A stretch of DNA of 63,120 bases, counting the filler, from Sluysia triapertura (lineage: Eukaryota), in assembly GCA_046118255.1 (NCBI GenBank). It is 5 parts of 5 records of this genome, joined end to end, with 100 filler letters (N's around TTAATTAATTAA, not from the genome) between each part and the next. Parts side by side here need not be neighbours in the genome. Positions count along the whole stretch, not along the records: positions 38,330 to 49,854 come from JBJNIA010183735.1; positions 49,955 to 63,120 come from JBJNIA010055105.1; 3 more parts are not named here. One strand, 5' to 3'. Position numbers and translations under genes: made by a program. Positions 38,230 through 50,656 of the stretch are shown here, one piece after another; the first letter of the stretch is position 1, and every line of letters begins with the position of its first letter. The notes under the pieces were generated by a model. It saw only the letters and a list, made by a program, of their open reading frames with translations. It was not told the DNA's origin and searched no databases.

Positions 38230-39072
38230 NNNNNNNNNNNNNNNNNNNNNNNNNNNNNNNNNNNNNNNNNNNNTTAATTAATTAANNNNNNNNNNNNNNN
38301 NNNNNNNNNNNNNNNNNNNNNNNNNNNNNTATATCTAATAAAAAATTAGATTTTACTGGTTTAATTTTAAAATTACGTTTATTGTTTAAAGGCTATAAGC
38401 CTATTTCGTTAAATTCTTTAATATTTAAAAGTTTTAATGTTTGGTCAATTAGTTTTATAACAATTAAAATTCTAATTACCTTGATAAGTTTGTTTAATTA
38501 TAAAATTTTATATTTTTAAAACCAAAAGTAAAAAAGCCCTCCAAAAAGTAAGTTGATTCATTGTGAGTGTTAACACCACAAGTAACCTTTGATGTAGGTT
38601 TCATTTGAAAAATGAAAACATATGAAGAATTATATACATATCATAATCTAAAAGTAATTTGCCTGTGTTATTTAATTATACAAAAAAACATTTTGGAATA
38701 AATTATTGCCCAACAGTACATAAAATTATTTCTATTAATTATTAATTTAATTATAATTTGATTATTAAAAGTATTTATATAATTTTTAACTTTTAATTCT
38801 TTTAGAAATTGATAGATTTTTAATTGTTTAGGTTATTCTAAATTAAGCTTTTGATGCATATAAATCCACATGTTTAAATATTTGTAATTAATAATTACCA
38901 TAGAAATGTAATGGATTATTTTTAAAATGTTTCTTATTTAATTATAATACGTAGTTCATGTAACCATTGCAATATATTGACATCATTTCATTGTATACTT
39001 TAAATTTTATTTCTAATTTAATTTTTAATTTATATTTATTCAAAATATGTATTAAAACAATCACTTATAATT

Positions 39073-40545
39073 ATGGAATATATTGTAGAAGCTATTAAAA
39101 GTAACAAAATAAACGATTTAGAAATACGTAATCAAAGCAGCATTTATGAATTCGATAAGTGTGGTCGTACTTTATTACACTGGGCAGCGTTTTATGGAAG
39201 ATGCGATATTTTAAAGATTTTACTTCAACGTGGATCCTTCATTCATGCGAAAAGCGAAAAAGATGATAATTTTACTGCAATTCATTTTGCAACAGTTAAC
39301 AACCACATACATTGTATTAAGTTATTAATTTTGCATGATAAGACTGTATTAGAGTCAAATGATGCTTTTAATCGTACACCTTTATCAGTCGGTGCTTTTT
39401 ACGGTCGTTTAACTGCTTGTTTATTTTTAATAATGTCTGGAGCTAACGTAAATAATCGAGATCTAAATGGTAATTCAATTTTGCATTTTGCTGTAATGAG
39501 TGGTAATGTACAACTTTGTAATTTGCTTATTTATTGTGGTTGCAATTTATCAATTTGTAACTTTTTCGGCGAATCTGTTCTTCATATTGCAGCTGCTAAA
39601 TCTAGCTCATTATTTTTAGTAAAAGAATTATTGCGACATGATTCTAATTTAATTTCTATTAAAGATAGTCGTAACTTTAATCCGACAATTTATGCGAAAA
39701 TGTGCGGTAATGTTGAAATTTATAATTTTTTAAACAAGTATCAAAGTAAAAGACAACAATTGCTTCATGAATCAGCCAGAATTAAGTTACCATTATATTT
39801 TTTATTGTTTTTCATTTTCGGTTTAGCAATACCTTATTACGTAATTTATATTTTACCACTGTCAATGTATGATTACAAATCAGTTCATTTGACACTTTAT
39901 GTTTTGTTTCACCTAATGCTTTTATCTTTATATTTAACTAATAGTACTAATCCTGGCTTCTTACCTCGAAATACTCGAGAATTTGATCAGGATTTGTCTA
40001 ACATTATTAATATAGATAAAGATGACGATATTAAAGTTATAAATTCTATTTCACGATTGTGTTTTATTTGTCGAACAGTTAAACCAACACGTACATCTCA
40101 CTGTGTATTTTGTGGTCGTTGTGTTTATCAACGAGATCATCATTGTCATTATTTAGCAAATTGTATCGCTTTTCAAAATAGACAGATGTTTTTACTATTT
40201 TTAGTAACAATTTGGTTTTGTGCTGTGATTGGCTATTACTTGATTTATATTTCAGTGTATTTTTATCAAATGCCATTCAGTGTGTGTTTAATTGTTATCC
40301 TTCTGATTAGTTTTTTGTTTTTTATTTTGTTAAATGTTGCCCTAATGAGTTTGTTTAGTGGAATGATAAAAAATTTGACTGCTGTTGAAAGTGTAAAGTG
40401 GAAAAAATATGACTATGATTATTTACGATTTCGAAATGGTAAATTTCATAATCCATATTCAAAAGGAATTTGGTTAAATATTTTGGCATTTTTTCGTTTG
40501 AAAATCTTACCTAAATTTAAATTTTTGCCTAAATTCGATATTTAA
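39073..40545 (+). CDS. ZDHHC17: Ankyrin-repeat DHHC palmitoyl S-acyltransferase (ZDHHC17/13, HIP14/Akr1-like)
   Basis: Ankyrin repeats (GRTLLHWAAFYG, TAIHFAT, RTPLSVGAFYG, GNSILHFAV, GESVLHIAA), TM helices, the DHHC cysteine-rich domain CFICRTVKPTRTSHCVFCGRCVYQRDHHCHYLANCI and C-terminal NPYSKG.WLN. Intact 490-aa single-exon ORF. Orthology to 17 versus 13 is not resolved. Confidence 0.93.
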   Translation: MEYIVEAIKSNKINDLEIRNQSSIYEFDKCGRTLLHWAAFYGRCDILKILLQRGSFIHAKSEKDDNFTAIHFATVNNHIHCIKLLILHDKTVLESNDAFNRTPLSVGAFYGRLTACLFLIMSGANVNNRDLNGNSILHFAVMSGNVQLCNLLIYCGCNLSICNFFGESVLHIAAAKSSSLFLVKELLRHDSNLISIKDSRNFNPTIYAKMCGNVEIYNFLNKYQSKRQQLLHESARIKLPLYFLLFFIFGLAIPYYVIYILPLSMYDYKSVHLTLYVLFHLMLLSLYLTNSTNPGFLPRNTREFDQDLSNIINIDKDDDIKVINSISRLCFICRTVKPTRTSHCVFCGRCVYQRDHHCHYLANCIAFQNRQMFLLFLVTIWFCAVIGYYLIYISVYFYQMPFSVCLIVILLISFLFFILLNVALMSLFSGMIKNLTAVESVKWKKYDYDYLRFRNGKFHNPYSKGIWLNILAFFRLKILPKFKFLPKFDI

Positions 40546-41655
40546 AATGAAGTAGCATTTATTCAGTTTTTTTATTTCGTAATTTTAAAGCTTGTGAGTT
40601 TTTAATGTTTCGTGAAATATTTAAATTTTTTGTTTTTCTATAGTTATCGTAATTTTTAGATATATTTATAGTGAATTTTAACGATTAATTAGTATCATAT
40701 TGGTATTTTGTATTTTTGGTTATTAATTATGAAATATTGTTTTAATTGGAACTGCATGTGCACAAGTTTGGTCAAACAAGTTAACAAAAATACAGTGTTT
40801 TTAAAATGTATGCAGTGAAATAAAGCTAAGTAAATTTAAATTTTGAACGCAATATCGATTATTAAAATCATTTGGCAGGAGATAAATTAATCTTATTTTG
40901 TACTCGGTGATAGTAGTTTTTAAACACTGATTCAACTAATTTTTGTTTCAGAAAAATAATGAACACATCAATATTCTAAAATGTGGCATTAGTTTGTGGA
41001 AATGTACTACTTTTAATGTTGCCGCGACTTCCAAATTTTGTCAAATTGTAAATGGTTGCTGCTGGCATTTGGCAAGCAATACTTCCTGCCACATCTTGAA
41101 TACGATGGAATCAGTGTTCTGATTGATGAATTACCTATGAGTATCACCAAAGACAGTAGCTGAATGAATAAGATTTAGGCACTTTTTAACATGGTAAGTT
41201 TAAAGTTATTACAAAAATTATAGTGAACATTCGCTTTAGGGATAGTGATTTCATTTGCGATTATTTTAGACGAGCAGCAACCAATTTCGAACTGCACATA
41301 GTTTGCCTTTTAAAGATGAGCCTTATTAAAATACTGCCTGCTTTCTAGATATTTCAATAAGTCAACGTGATGAGTGAATATTTGAATAAACCTCACTGCT
41401 TCCACAATAGCATTTGATAATGAAAATTATATTTTGTATTCAAGATATTAAAAACGTATGCATGCTAATGATTGGCTAATGAGAAATAAAATTTAAATTA
41501 ACGGCACACTGTACTATTATTCCGTAGTTTGATTTAAATATTTTAGTAAAAGAAATTTATTTTTAAATATAGAAATAACAAGAAAAAAATTATGATTAAC
41601 CTTGTATTTTTGAACAAAATAAACTCTATACTAAAGTACCATCAAGAATATTTAA

Positions 41656-41947
41656 TACCGTAAAATCCCATGTATAGCCCTCTGCTTATCTAAGAAAATA
41701 TTTACTGGGACTTACACATGAGAATTTAAAACAGAAAAAAATAACTTTAGTTTTGAAAAGTGAAGTGTAACATAGTTTTTAAATAAAGATTTATAAAGTT
41801 AAAAAGAATCATTAAACTGATATATAAATGTATATCTAAATGATAAAAATTAAATTTCTGTTTCCATGGATAAGCCACAGCTTATCTAAAGAAAAACATC
41901 ATTTTAAAAAATTTATAAAGTGCGGCTTATACATGAGATTTAATATG
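41656..41947. mobile_element. Tc1/pogo-like MITE remnant
   Basis: TACCGTAAAATCCCATGTATAGCC ... GCGGCTTATACATGAGATTT inverted termini with an internal duplication of the terminal motif. Confidence 0.55.
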
Positions 41948-42022
41948 AAATTCGTATTGTTAGCATACACGCATAAAGTGCGCGTAGTACAATTGACTAT
42001 AGTAATCTAAAAATTGTTAGAC

Positions 42023-42053
42023 TGGCTGATAGCTCAGTGGGTAGAGCACAACT
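42023..42053 (+). ncRNA. 5' half of a tRNA-like sequence (A box / D arm)
   Basis: TGGCTGATAGCTCAGTGGGTAGAGCACAACT contains the D-stem GCTC/GAGC and A box TAGCTCAGTGG. Confidence 0.7.
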
Positions 42054-45000
42054 TTCTACTCTACTCAGAGAAATAGTGAAGTCGATAAAACACAGGAAAT
42101 CGCGCAAAATCGAATTACACATTGTCTTCTTCGACCTGGCGAATGCATTTGGTTCAGTGCCGTACAATCTGATATGATATACCCTCTCAAGTATGAATCT
42201 AACAGCAAACCCTAAACATCCTGAAGGACCTATACCAAGACAGCAGTACCACCTACAAATGCAATGGCATTATAACCAAATCCGTACCGATCATGTATGG
42301 AGTGAAACAGGAATTTATATTGTCCATGACACTATTCTGTCTAGCAATAAACTAGCTGTTCCTCCAGTTCAAAGTAACGGATGACCTGAAATTTCCTCTA
42401 TACCTTGCGTATACCTCATTGGCATCACTTTCGACATACTACAACAAATTGTCAACGTAGTTATCGAAAATGCCAAACCTTATATTCCGGCCTACGAAAT
42501 GCTTCTACTACAACAACATCCCGGACTCGAGATATTCTCTAATAATCGAAAATATCCTCGATTTCCCCTGTCACCAACGAAAACCAAACTCTATATCTTG
42601 GCATTCCATTTGGTGACTATAAACGGCAAAGTATTAATTATTTACTAAACGAAAACATCAGATACACGGAACTAATCTCGAAGTCAAAACTGAGTGCCCG
42701 GAATAAATTCCTCATTTACAGGAACTTTGTACAGTCCAGACTTCTGTTCCACAAAAGGAATCTGAACATGAATGTACAATTCCTCAGCAATCCCCATTGT
42801 GGTGGCCAACTTCTTCACACAAAATTTTATTACATCACAATACACTAAAACTCATACTTTGATAACACTCAAACCATTCATTATATCAAAACTCATTAAA
42901 TTTGTATTGTGAGATATTTAAAATAGAATAAAGTTGGATTTTAACGTGAGTCCACCAACGTACTACACTTACCATTTAAGGCTAGCCGTTGGGTTTATAC
43001 ATCAAAGATTTTTCAGTGAAGGTTAGAAAAACTGACTGAAGTGTGTGTAGTTTTGCTAGGATATTCTTGGCTTACTGTTAATTAAGTAGATTAATGCTGG
43101 AGGTATTTTATTAAAAGTTAAAGGAAAGAAACTGTTAACAGTATTAAATCTATAAATGTGTTATTAACTGAAAAAATAGAAATAATTTACAGATTGTTTT
43201 ACGAAGATCCTATGAAAAGGATCGATAAAAATGATTTTACATGATTAGAGTTAAATTTTAATCGTTAAAATCTTTACTCTACTGAAGATTTTATAATTGA
43301 AACTATTCAATAATGAAGGAATAAATTCCTAAATTTTTATTATACAATCACTAGTTTATACACTGTTACAAATAAAATAAAATAAATATATTACAAGGAA
43401 TTAGTTTTAATTCCTAACTTAATGAAATTTTAATAGTAATTTTACGTAAGATCTATTATTTTAATTACAAACTGTTCCTGGAAACGTAAAAATCTAATTT
43501 ACAACTGTCATCTGACATTTTTGCTTCATTAAGTAACGATGCGAAATTTGTTTTAGTAACAAATTAGTTGCTTTTTATTGGTCAACAGATGTAACTCACA
43601 ATGCATTCACAATTTATCCAATATAATTTATGCATTTAAAAATTTTTGTTAATCTCAATTAATTAGTTCATAATTCAATTTATTCATACTCAATTACGAT
43701 TTAACTTTTTTAATGATCTATATATGTTTCAAACAATAAGCGTTATGTCACCGCATTCGGATAAACTCTTACCATGGCTTTGTTTACTTAAGAATGAAGA
43801 TTTAGACTTGATTTTAGATGTTTATTTATTAAATTAAGCTTTTCTTAAAATTGATTTCGCTGACAATGTTAATTCAAAATTATCAGATTCAGAACAACAT
43901 GAAATTATTTTTATACAAAATTCTCATTCGGCTATTGATAATTTTATTGTTCTACGATGTCGAATATCAAATTAGAAATTTAAAAGTTATTAGCAACATT
44001 TACACCAACAAATCAGTTATTACTAATACCAATAATAATCTACTAAATTCTTGAACTAAATTTTTGAACTAGCAGAATCTAAAGAGTTACGTAGTGACTT
44101 AGATCAGATAAAGTATCAAGGTAATTAACTATCAGAAGTAGAAATAATGAAATAATGAAGTCCGATATGCTCAGTTGTTACGAGATAAAATTTACTGTCT
44201 ACAAAGAATATTGTATCGACTAGAACAAAATGGACAAGACAATAAAATTTTAATAAATGAAATCAAAGAAAGATATTACTATCAAATTAGTGATGAAGTT
44301 ATGTGTCACAATAGTGTTCACAGAGTACTCAAGCTTTATTTGATTAAGCCAGCTGCAGAATATATGAGGCAAGGTGAAGTCGTAGATGCACATGTTTAAT
44401 GTTATTAAAGAAATATTTTACTTCTCTTACTACAATTAACAATAATAAAATTCCTTGTATTTTAAATATGAAAACCGTTGATATTAAAAGAGTCACTGTA
44501 TTAATAAGTATTTTAATAATACCATTGTTATAATTATACATTTAAATCCAAAGTTTATCACTTAATCTTAAATTTTTCTTTAACAAAATATTTTGTATTA
44601 AGACAAATTAGAGTTGATAAAAATTTTAATGAGAATATTATCATAATTCATTAAATAATTTCACTATCTAATTTCCAACGATCTTTAAACTATCATACGT
44701 TAGTAACTATACACTCATTGATAAAACGTACCAATTTCCTCGAATATATTCTATCGATGTCTATATGCAGAAACTTCTTGTATCAAATTTGTATAAACAA
44801 CTCAATTGATTTTGCAATTCTTAGCATCACGCGGCTACACCAATCCTCGTTCTCAAGATCAGCCCAAATCTCGTGGATCCATTCCATAAACAATGAAACA
44901 GTCTATTTATCTCAAGTATTATATTTTGATTATATGTGTCATTTATTTTTAGTTAATTTTTTTAGTTTTAAATTCTTACCTCAGGTATATTCAAGAATGT

Positions 45001-46429
45001 ATCATGAACTCATGTATTTATAGTTTGTGTTTAGTAAACCAATGCCGTTTAAAAATCTAGTTATAATTTGTTTAACGTATTTAATCAATGAATGTCTTGT
45101 ATGGTATCTTAATCATTTGTATATTAATAAGTTTAATTTAAATTACACAAGTTTTAGTGAAAAATTTTAATAAATGTAACCTCATAATTGAATCTGATAA
45201 ACTTTATTTCAATAAAAACTTCACTCATTATAACACTAAATAAATATAAAAATACCAAAACTTTAAGTCTAAACCCATCTTAAAAGCACATCCTAATCAT
45301 TGAAGTACGACGAAATGTGCCTCGGTCTCAAAAAGTACCAATTGAACAAGAGTTTCTTTATGGCACACATGAACCATGGAAGATTCAGCCTGACTTCAGC
45401 ATATGATGACTACATGTGTCAGAACTTGATATGTGCGTTCAGACTATTCAATAGTCATACACTGATAATACGCATACTGGCACGTCGAGAAGTCATGCGG
45501 ATAGCCAACAGCCGGATGAATGCAGATTGTGTGGATCTGACCCAAGCTCTCGCATGGCTCAATGGAAGTCCTACTGATAAGCACGCTAGGGTGCAAAAAT
45601 GGTGGTCGAAAATCCGAATTTCCATCAAGAACTTGAACGAAAGTACCACATCACTGCTTCATTCATCTGCTCTGACAACTACAATGTTCAACTATCCCTG
45701 AAGTCTGATATACTTGGCGACAATCCAATCATAATTATCCGCAACCACAAAAACAAAGTCGGCAAATTCCTACACAAGCTGATTAGCATTTGCAATACCA
45801 ATAACTGGAAGTCTCTCAAATGCAGTGCCCACTCTCCAATAAATCTCTGTCACTTGAACTGGAAAATAATGCATGAATGTTTATGATCAAGGACCGGAAC
45901 AACATCTTTCGTCTTAATTTCAGTCCAGAGAACATAAGTCTCCATCTGCCAGTATTATGCCGTTGGTGTGGCTTCGAATCTGAATCCCTTCTACACGTTC
46001 ACAACAAAATCCTTAACTACCTAGAAGGGATTCTCAGTCAATATCGGCCACTCTCGACGACCTGACATATAGGCTAGCGGTACTTCCTCATCACAACTGT
46101 TCGTGATTGATGTCAAGACCCCCACGCACCTGAAGAAAAACTTCGAGATAGCCCGAACCTCCAATACTGCGAAGTTGTTGATCTCCGGGACAAACTGCAG
46201 GAACAACTGAAGTGCAAAGTACCTCTGGAAACATTCGTCGTTGGAGCCTTGGGTATGGGATCCTGAGAATAAGAGGCTTCTCAAGGCACTTGGCTTCCAC
46301 AAGACCGAAATCAGGACCCTGGTAGGACTAGCTGTGGAGTCCTCGAATAACGCATACCACGACTATGCCCTACAAGGTCCCTGAAGAGACTAAAACTATT
46401 ATATTAATACCTGTTTTTAATAATCATCG
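42054..46429 (+). mobile_element. 5'-truncated, decayed RLE-type non-LTR retrotransposon (R2 superfamily, NeSL-like) with an internal insertion of about 2.5 kb
   Basis: RT motifs IVFFDLANAFGSVP (42121), GVKQ...TLFCLAI and YLGIPF. The thumb region resumes at about 45300. Zinc-knuckle remnant CRWCGFESESLLH; endonuclease motifs RPDI, FVIDVKT and FVVGALG. Confidence 0.85.
42908..45290 (+). mobile_element. Nested insertion beginning with an L1-family LTR-like repeat
   Basis: 42908-43490 is homologous to 21600-22198. AT-rich DNA separates two colinear halves of the RT ORF. Boundaries are approximate and no TSD was found. Confidence 0.55.
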
Positions 46430-46461
46430 AACTGCGCAGTGAAAGGTCCCAGGTTCGATCC
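46430..46461 (+). ncRNA. 3' half of a tRNA-like sequence (variable loop / B box)
   Basis: AACTGCGCAGTGAAAGGTCCCAGGTTCGATCC contains AGGTC and B box GGTTCGATCC. The T stem and acceptor stem are not completed. Confidence 0.7.
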
Positions 46462-48498
46462 ATTTTATAAAGTCTAACAGTATCACAAGATATAATTTTA
46501 TTATTTATCAATCTTCCTGCAATACAAGGAGTTCTCATTTTTATGCATATAATTTTTCATTTGCAAAAGTGACCTAAAACATTGAAGACGGATGAAGGAA
46601 TTTCACATAATAAATTAGAATTACAGGTAAATAAAACACGAAAAATTATTTATGTTTGAAAACTTTTATACCGGATATCTTAATAGATGTTACACTCTCT
46701 TTTTATCACTTTTTATTAATTATTTACTAAAAAATATGCAGAAATTCAGGCTACATACTTTTCACAGCAAACCCTCAATGTGTTTATGCAAGATTCTCAT
46801 TTTTCAGTTTTTACATTTATTTATTATTATTAATACATCTTTTAGTTTTAAGTGTAACACTTAGGATGTAACATTTACGATTACTTTTAAAAGTTCATTT
46901 GCATAGTAATCTTAGTCCATATATCGTTATAAAAATTAGTTTCCTGTTATCACATCTGTCAGAATTATAATTTTATAGATTTTAATTTAGAAATTATAAT
47001 TTTATAAAATTTTATTAATGAATTAATTTATGAAAATGGAAGAATATGGTTTTCCATTATGAATTTTATAATGTATTGTGTTTACAAAATTAATACGTAT
47101 TTAATTGATGTTTCTAATGTATATATTTAATGAATTTTGGACTTGATTTAGAAAAAACGGTATAAACAAGTACATTTCTCAAAAAATAGCACAACAATTA
47201 TAACTCAAAAGATTTCACATTGAGCACACTCAGGTCCTTAATCCAATATATTACGTAATACGTTCCTTAGAGATTATTATAAAGCATTTTCGGAAACGTA
47301 GTTTCAAATTCCACAACTTGACCGAATCAAATCTACTTTTATTGAGTAATATTTTTAAATTTGTAGCGACAGAAACACTTAAATCAAAAACTTAATACAA
47401 ATGAATTTTTAAATTTGAGATAATTTTCAATTTGATCTTTATCGAAGCAATTTCATAAAATGTAAATTGCAGAAAAGTATCACTTATAATTGAGCACCTT
47501 AGAAAAGTAAACACCGAATTGTAAACAAAATAGTAACAATATGTGAATAATTTATTATCTTAGACTATATTTTGTCAAAATATTCCAAACTGTATAAAAT
47601 GTTACAAAAAAACCTATTCGAGAAGCAAATTCATCTTATTGTACATGAAAGCAACAGATTTTTAGAAAAAGGAAATGGCCTGTGGAACATGAATTTTTTT
47701 AGTAATTTTATTTCTATTTATTAATTACCAACTTTTTATATCATGTGATATGCGCTTCTCGATAAATTGTAAGCGTACAATCACTGAGGGTTAATTAAAC
47801 TGTTTGTCAATAAAATGTTTTCAAAAATAAATGTCAATTTATTTTAAATTATTTCCATTTTAAGTAACAAAACGAAGTTAAAATTATATTTTTCACAATA
47901 TTAAAACAAATCAATATAAATTTGTAGAATTTCTTAACGTGAACGTGTCAGAGCAATACAATAATGTATAGTGTAATTATTTTCCTTTTGGGAACATTTT
48001 AAATTTTATCAAACTAAACTTTTTTAAAAACAAATATTTACAAATTATAATTTCTACTATTAAACTAATTAAATGAACTATAAATTAATAACTTAAGAGG
48101 CTCCTGTCCCTTATGATAACCACCCCCTAGTTACAGTGTGGTAGAAAAATGACAAGTAGAAAACTTTGCACTAAGATGTAACACAAAAGGTTTGATTTTG
48201 AATTTATATAAAGTAGGTTTAATTAGTTTAATTAGCAATGATATTAAACAAAAATGAACAATCAATGCATTATCAATTGAAATAATTTCTCGGTTTCTCA
48301 TTTAATACATTGTGTAAGTAAACGGAAATAAAAAATGTAACCAAAATGAAAATAATAGGAATATTGAAACAAGTTTCGGCATATTTATCATGTTTGAAAC
48401 ACAATGAATCAGTAGCATTGTCACTATTAAACGATTGTAAATGGTGTTAGAATAACTTTAGGTAAAAACAAGATAAAATTATAACCAATTATAACCCA

Positions 48499-49700
48499 TT
48501 ATAACCAATTTTGTTGCGCTTGTGTTTCTTGGTTTCGCTGTTGCTGCTGAGAAGACTGTTGTCGAGAAAGATTTCTTAAATTACGCAAGAAATAACTTTG
48601 CCATTTCTGTCGCAATCCAAGTAACGACTGAAACGATTCTTCATCTGGCACATTAAAATGAAGAATAGCTTTATCTTTAACCCTGAAATCTTCACCAGCT
48701 TCTAATTGACACGCTATTGATACTTCATCTTCTTGACTACTACTTCTACTACTTCTACTGCTACCTGCACTATTACTGTTAGCACCGTTACTGCTGTTGC
48801 TACTCATACAACTTATCGTACTGCACAAGTTGCTGTTGTCACTCTGACTACTGCCACAGCTGATGCAACTGTCCAAATTCGACATATTGTGTTGATGAAG
48901 ATCTGGCTTCGAATGTTTGTTACTTTCAGCAACTGATTTAGTCTCAGAGCCATCTTGTGACGTGTTAACATGACATGCAAGTTTCGAATTATTCGATAAA
49001 TTGGCAAAGTTATTGTGCTGATAACAGTGTCGATGTGTGACAATGTTAATTGAATCGACGAATCCATCATCAGTACAACAGTGATCGGAGTGATCATTGT
49101 GGCAGTATCAGGATATTGGATGTAATTGGGACGATGTGAATGAGTGCTGTAGAAGGTATACACTACTGAAGAAGTGAATGATTTTTGATATGGAGACGCC
49201 AGAAAACGTATATTATGAGAATTATGAGTATAATGGTAGTAGCAATGGTGATGTCGATGGTGGTTGTGATGATGTTTGTGATAATGCTTGTACTTTGCAA
49301 CAGAAGGCATAATAGAAGGAATGTATACAGCTCTGTTGAAAAGTAAAGGTTAGTAGGATGAAGAGATATGGTTGGATTTATGGGATTAAAAAAATTGGAG
49401 AAAAATTGGGGAAAGAAATTGGAGAAAAACAAAAAAATAGAAAGACAGATTGATAATAAGGATAAAAGAAATCGAAAATAATGGAAAACAACTTTATTTC
49501 TTTTACATATGGACACACAAGAAGAAGGCGCGTAAGAAGCACCCTGTACACAGATCACTTTTAGATAATGTTTAGCACAAAAATTTAGTCTTTCACATAA
49601 ATTCAGTAACATAATTATCGTTAATGAACGTGAGTTATTTCCACTTTCGGTCGTCGGTACAGCAACATTGTCTAGACCTTCGACGATTCCATGTCTTAAG
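48499..49700 (-). pseudogene. YTHDC2/Bgcn-like DExH RNA helicase C-terminal region (divergent; motifs in different frames)
   Basis: LHFNVPDEESFQSLLGLRQKWQSYFLR resembles YTHDC2 LHF.L..EAASLLLQLRQKWHSLFLR. Upstream TMITPITVVL and ERLNFCAKHYL fall in the expected order but in other frames. Confidence 0.55.
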
Positions 49701-49773
49701 TAGTACCACAAAGACCCGATACAGCGGAACAAAAAGTAATATATTTTAAACAACATAAAAGTGTACATACAAA

Positions 49774-49775
<2 letters not shown>

Positions 49776-49819
<44 letters not shown>
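49776..49819. repeat. (TA)n microsatellite
   Basis: Visible TA tract. Confidence 0.95.
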
Positions 49820-49823
<4 letters not shown>

Positions 49824-49979
49824 CCACAAAACTCTATAGATAAAAAATAAAGTANNNNNNNNNNNNNNNNNNNNNNNNNNNNNNNNNNNNNNNNNNNNTT
49901 AATTAATTAANNNNNNNNNNNNNNNNNNNNNNNNNNNNNNNNNNNNNNNNNNNNTGCACATTTAATTAAATAATTTTTA

Positions 49980-50045
49980 AACTGTGCCGCCAAATTTTGA
50001 AATCTTTAAAATAGTGCCGCAACAAAAAAAGTCTGAGAATCACTG
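49980..50045. mobile_element. hAT-like transposon terminus (similar end at about 53425-53460)
   Basis: gtgccgc repeats followed by aaaagtctgagaatcactg resemble the aaaggttgagaaccactg ends of Charlie-type hAT elements. Confidence 0.4.
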
Positions 50046-50413
50046 CAGTACAGATACATCTGTAATCATCAGAATGTACATATATGTAATTACAATATAA
50101 AAGTTGGTATGCAATCATAAATCAAAGTCTATCAAAGTTTTATTGACAGTATTCATGTTGAAATTAAAATTTTATGCATGATTTTTTTAAAAGTATGCTT
50201 AGTTATTATGGCGTTAATTATTTCTCATTTTTAGAGTAAAACGCCAATGTAAAATACAAAAACCTTCTCGTAACTCCTTAAGCCGGCAATATTTTCCAAT
50301 TTTAATTTTAATTCTTATGTAAAAGATAAATTTTATAAAACAATTAGTTTTAATAAATTTAAGTTATTTAACGAACTATTAAAAATATATTAATAACCAT
50401 TATTTAATTTTAG

Positions 50414-50519
50414 AGAAATGAAACGTGAAAAGATTTTGACTATTGATATAAGTGGACATATGCAACATGTGGTAATAGAAGAATGTTTAATAAACAAGGG
50501 CAGGCGTGTCCCTGTTGAA
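50414..50519 (+). CDS. WDR11: WDR11 exon
   Basis: tttAG acceptor; EMKREKILTIDISGHMQHVVIEECLINKGRRVPVE resembles WDR11 REHFVFTD.DGQVYH.TVEG......RIP; donor GTTAGT, phase 0. Confidence 0.8.
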
Positions 50520-50656
50520 GTTAGTGCATACTTTGATCCTAATAATAAAGTTATACCATAAAACATTTTTTTGTGCTAATTATTAAATTTTCCTTTTTTG
50601 AAATTAAAAAATGCACAAAGAAAAAACTCCTTGACTTTTAATATTTTTGACTTTTG

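Noticed and set aside
45455-46302. Minus-strand ORFs 45455-45649, 46021-46302 and 46091-46300
   Set aside because: They are antisense to the GC-richer RLE retrotransposon coding sequence.
42023-46461. Functional tRNA gene or tRNA with a giant intron
   Set aside because: The rejoined anticodon arm is short and unpaired, the acceptor stem is absent, and the insert is a retrotransposon.
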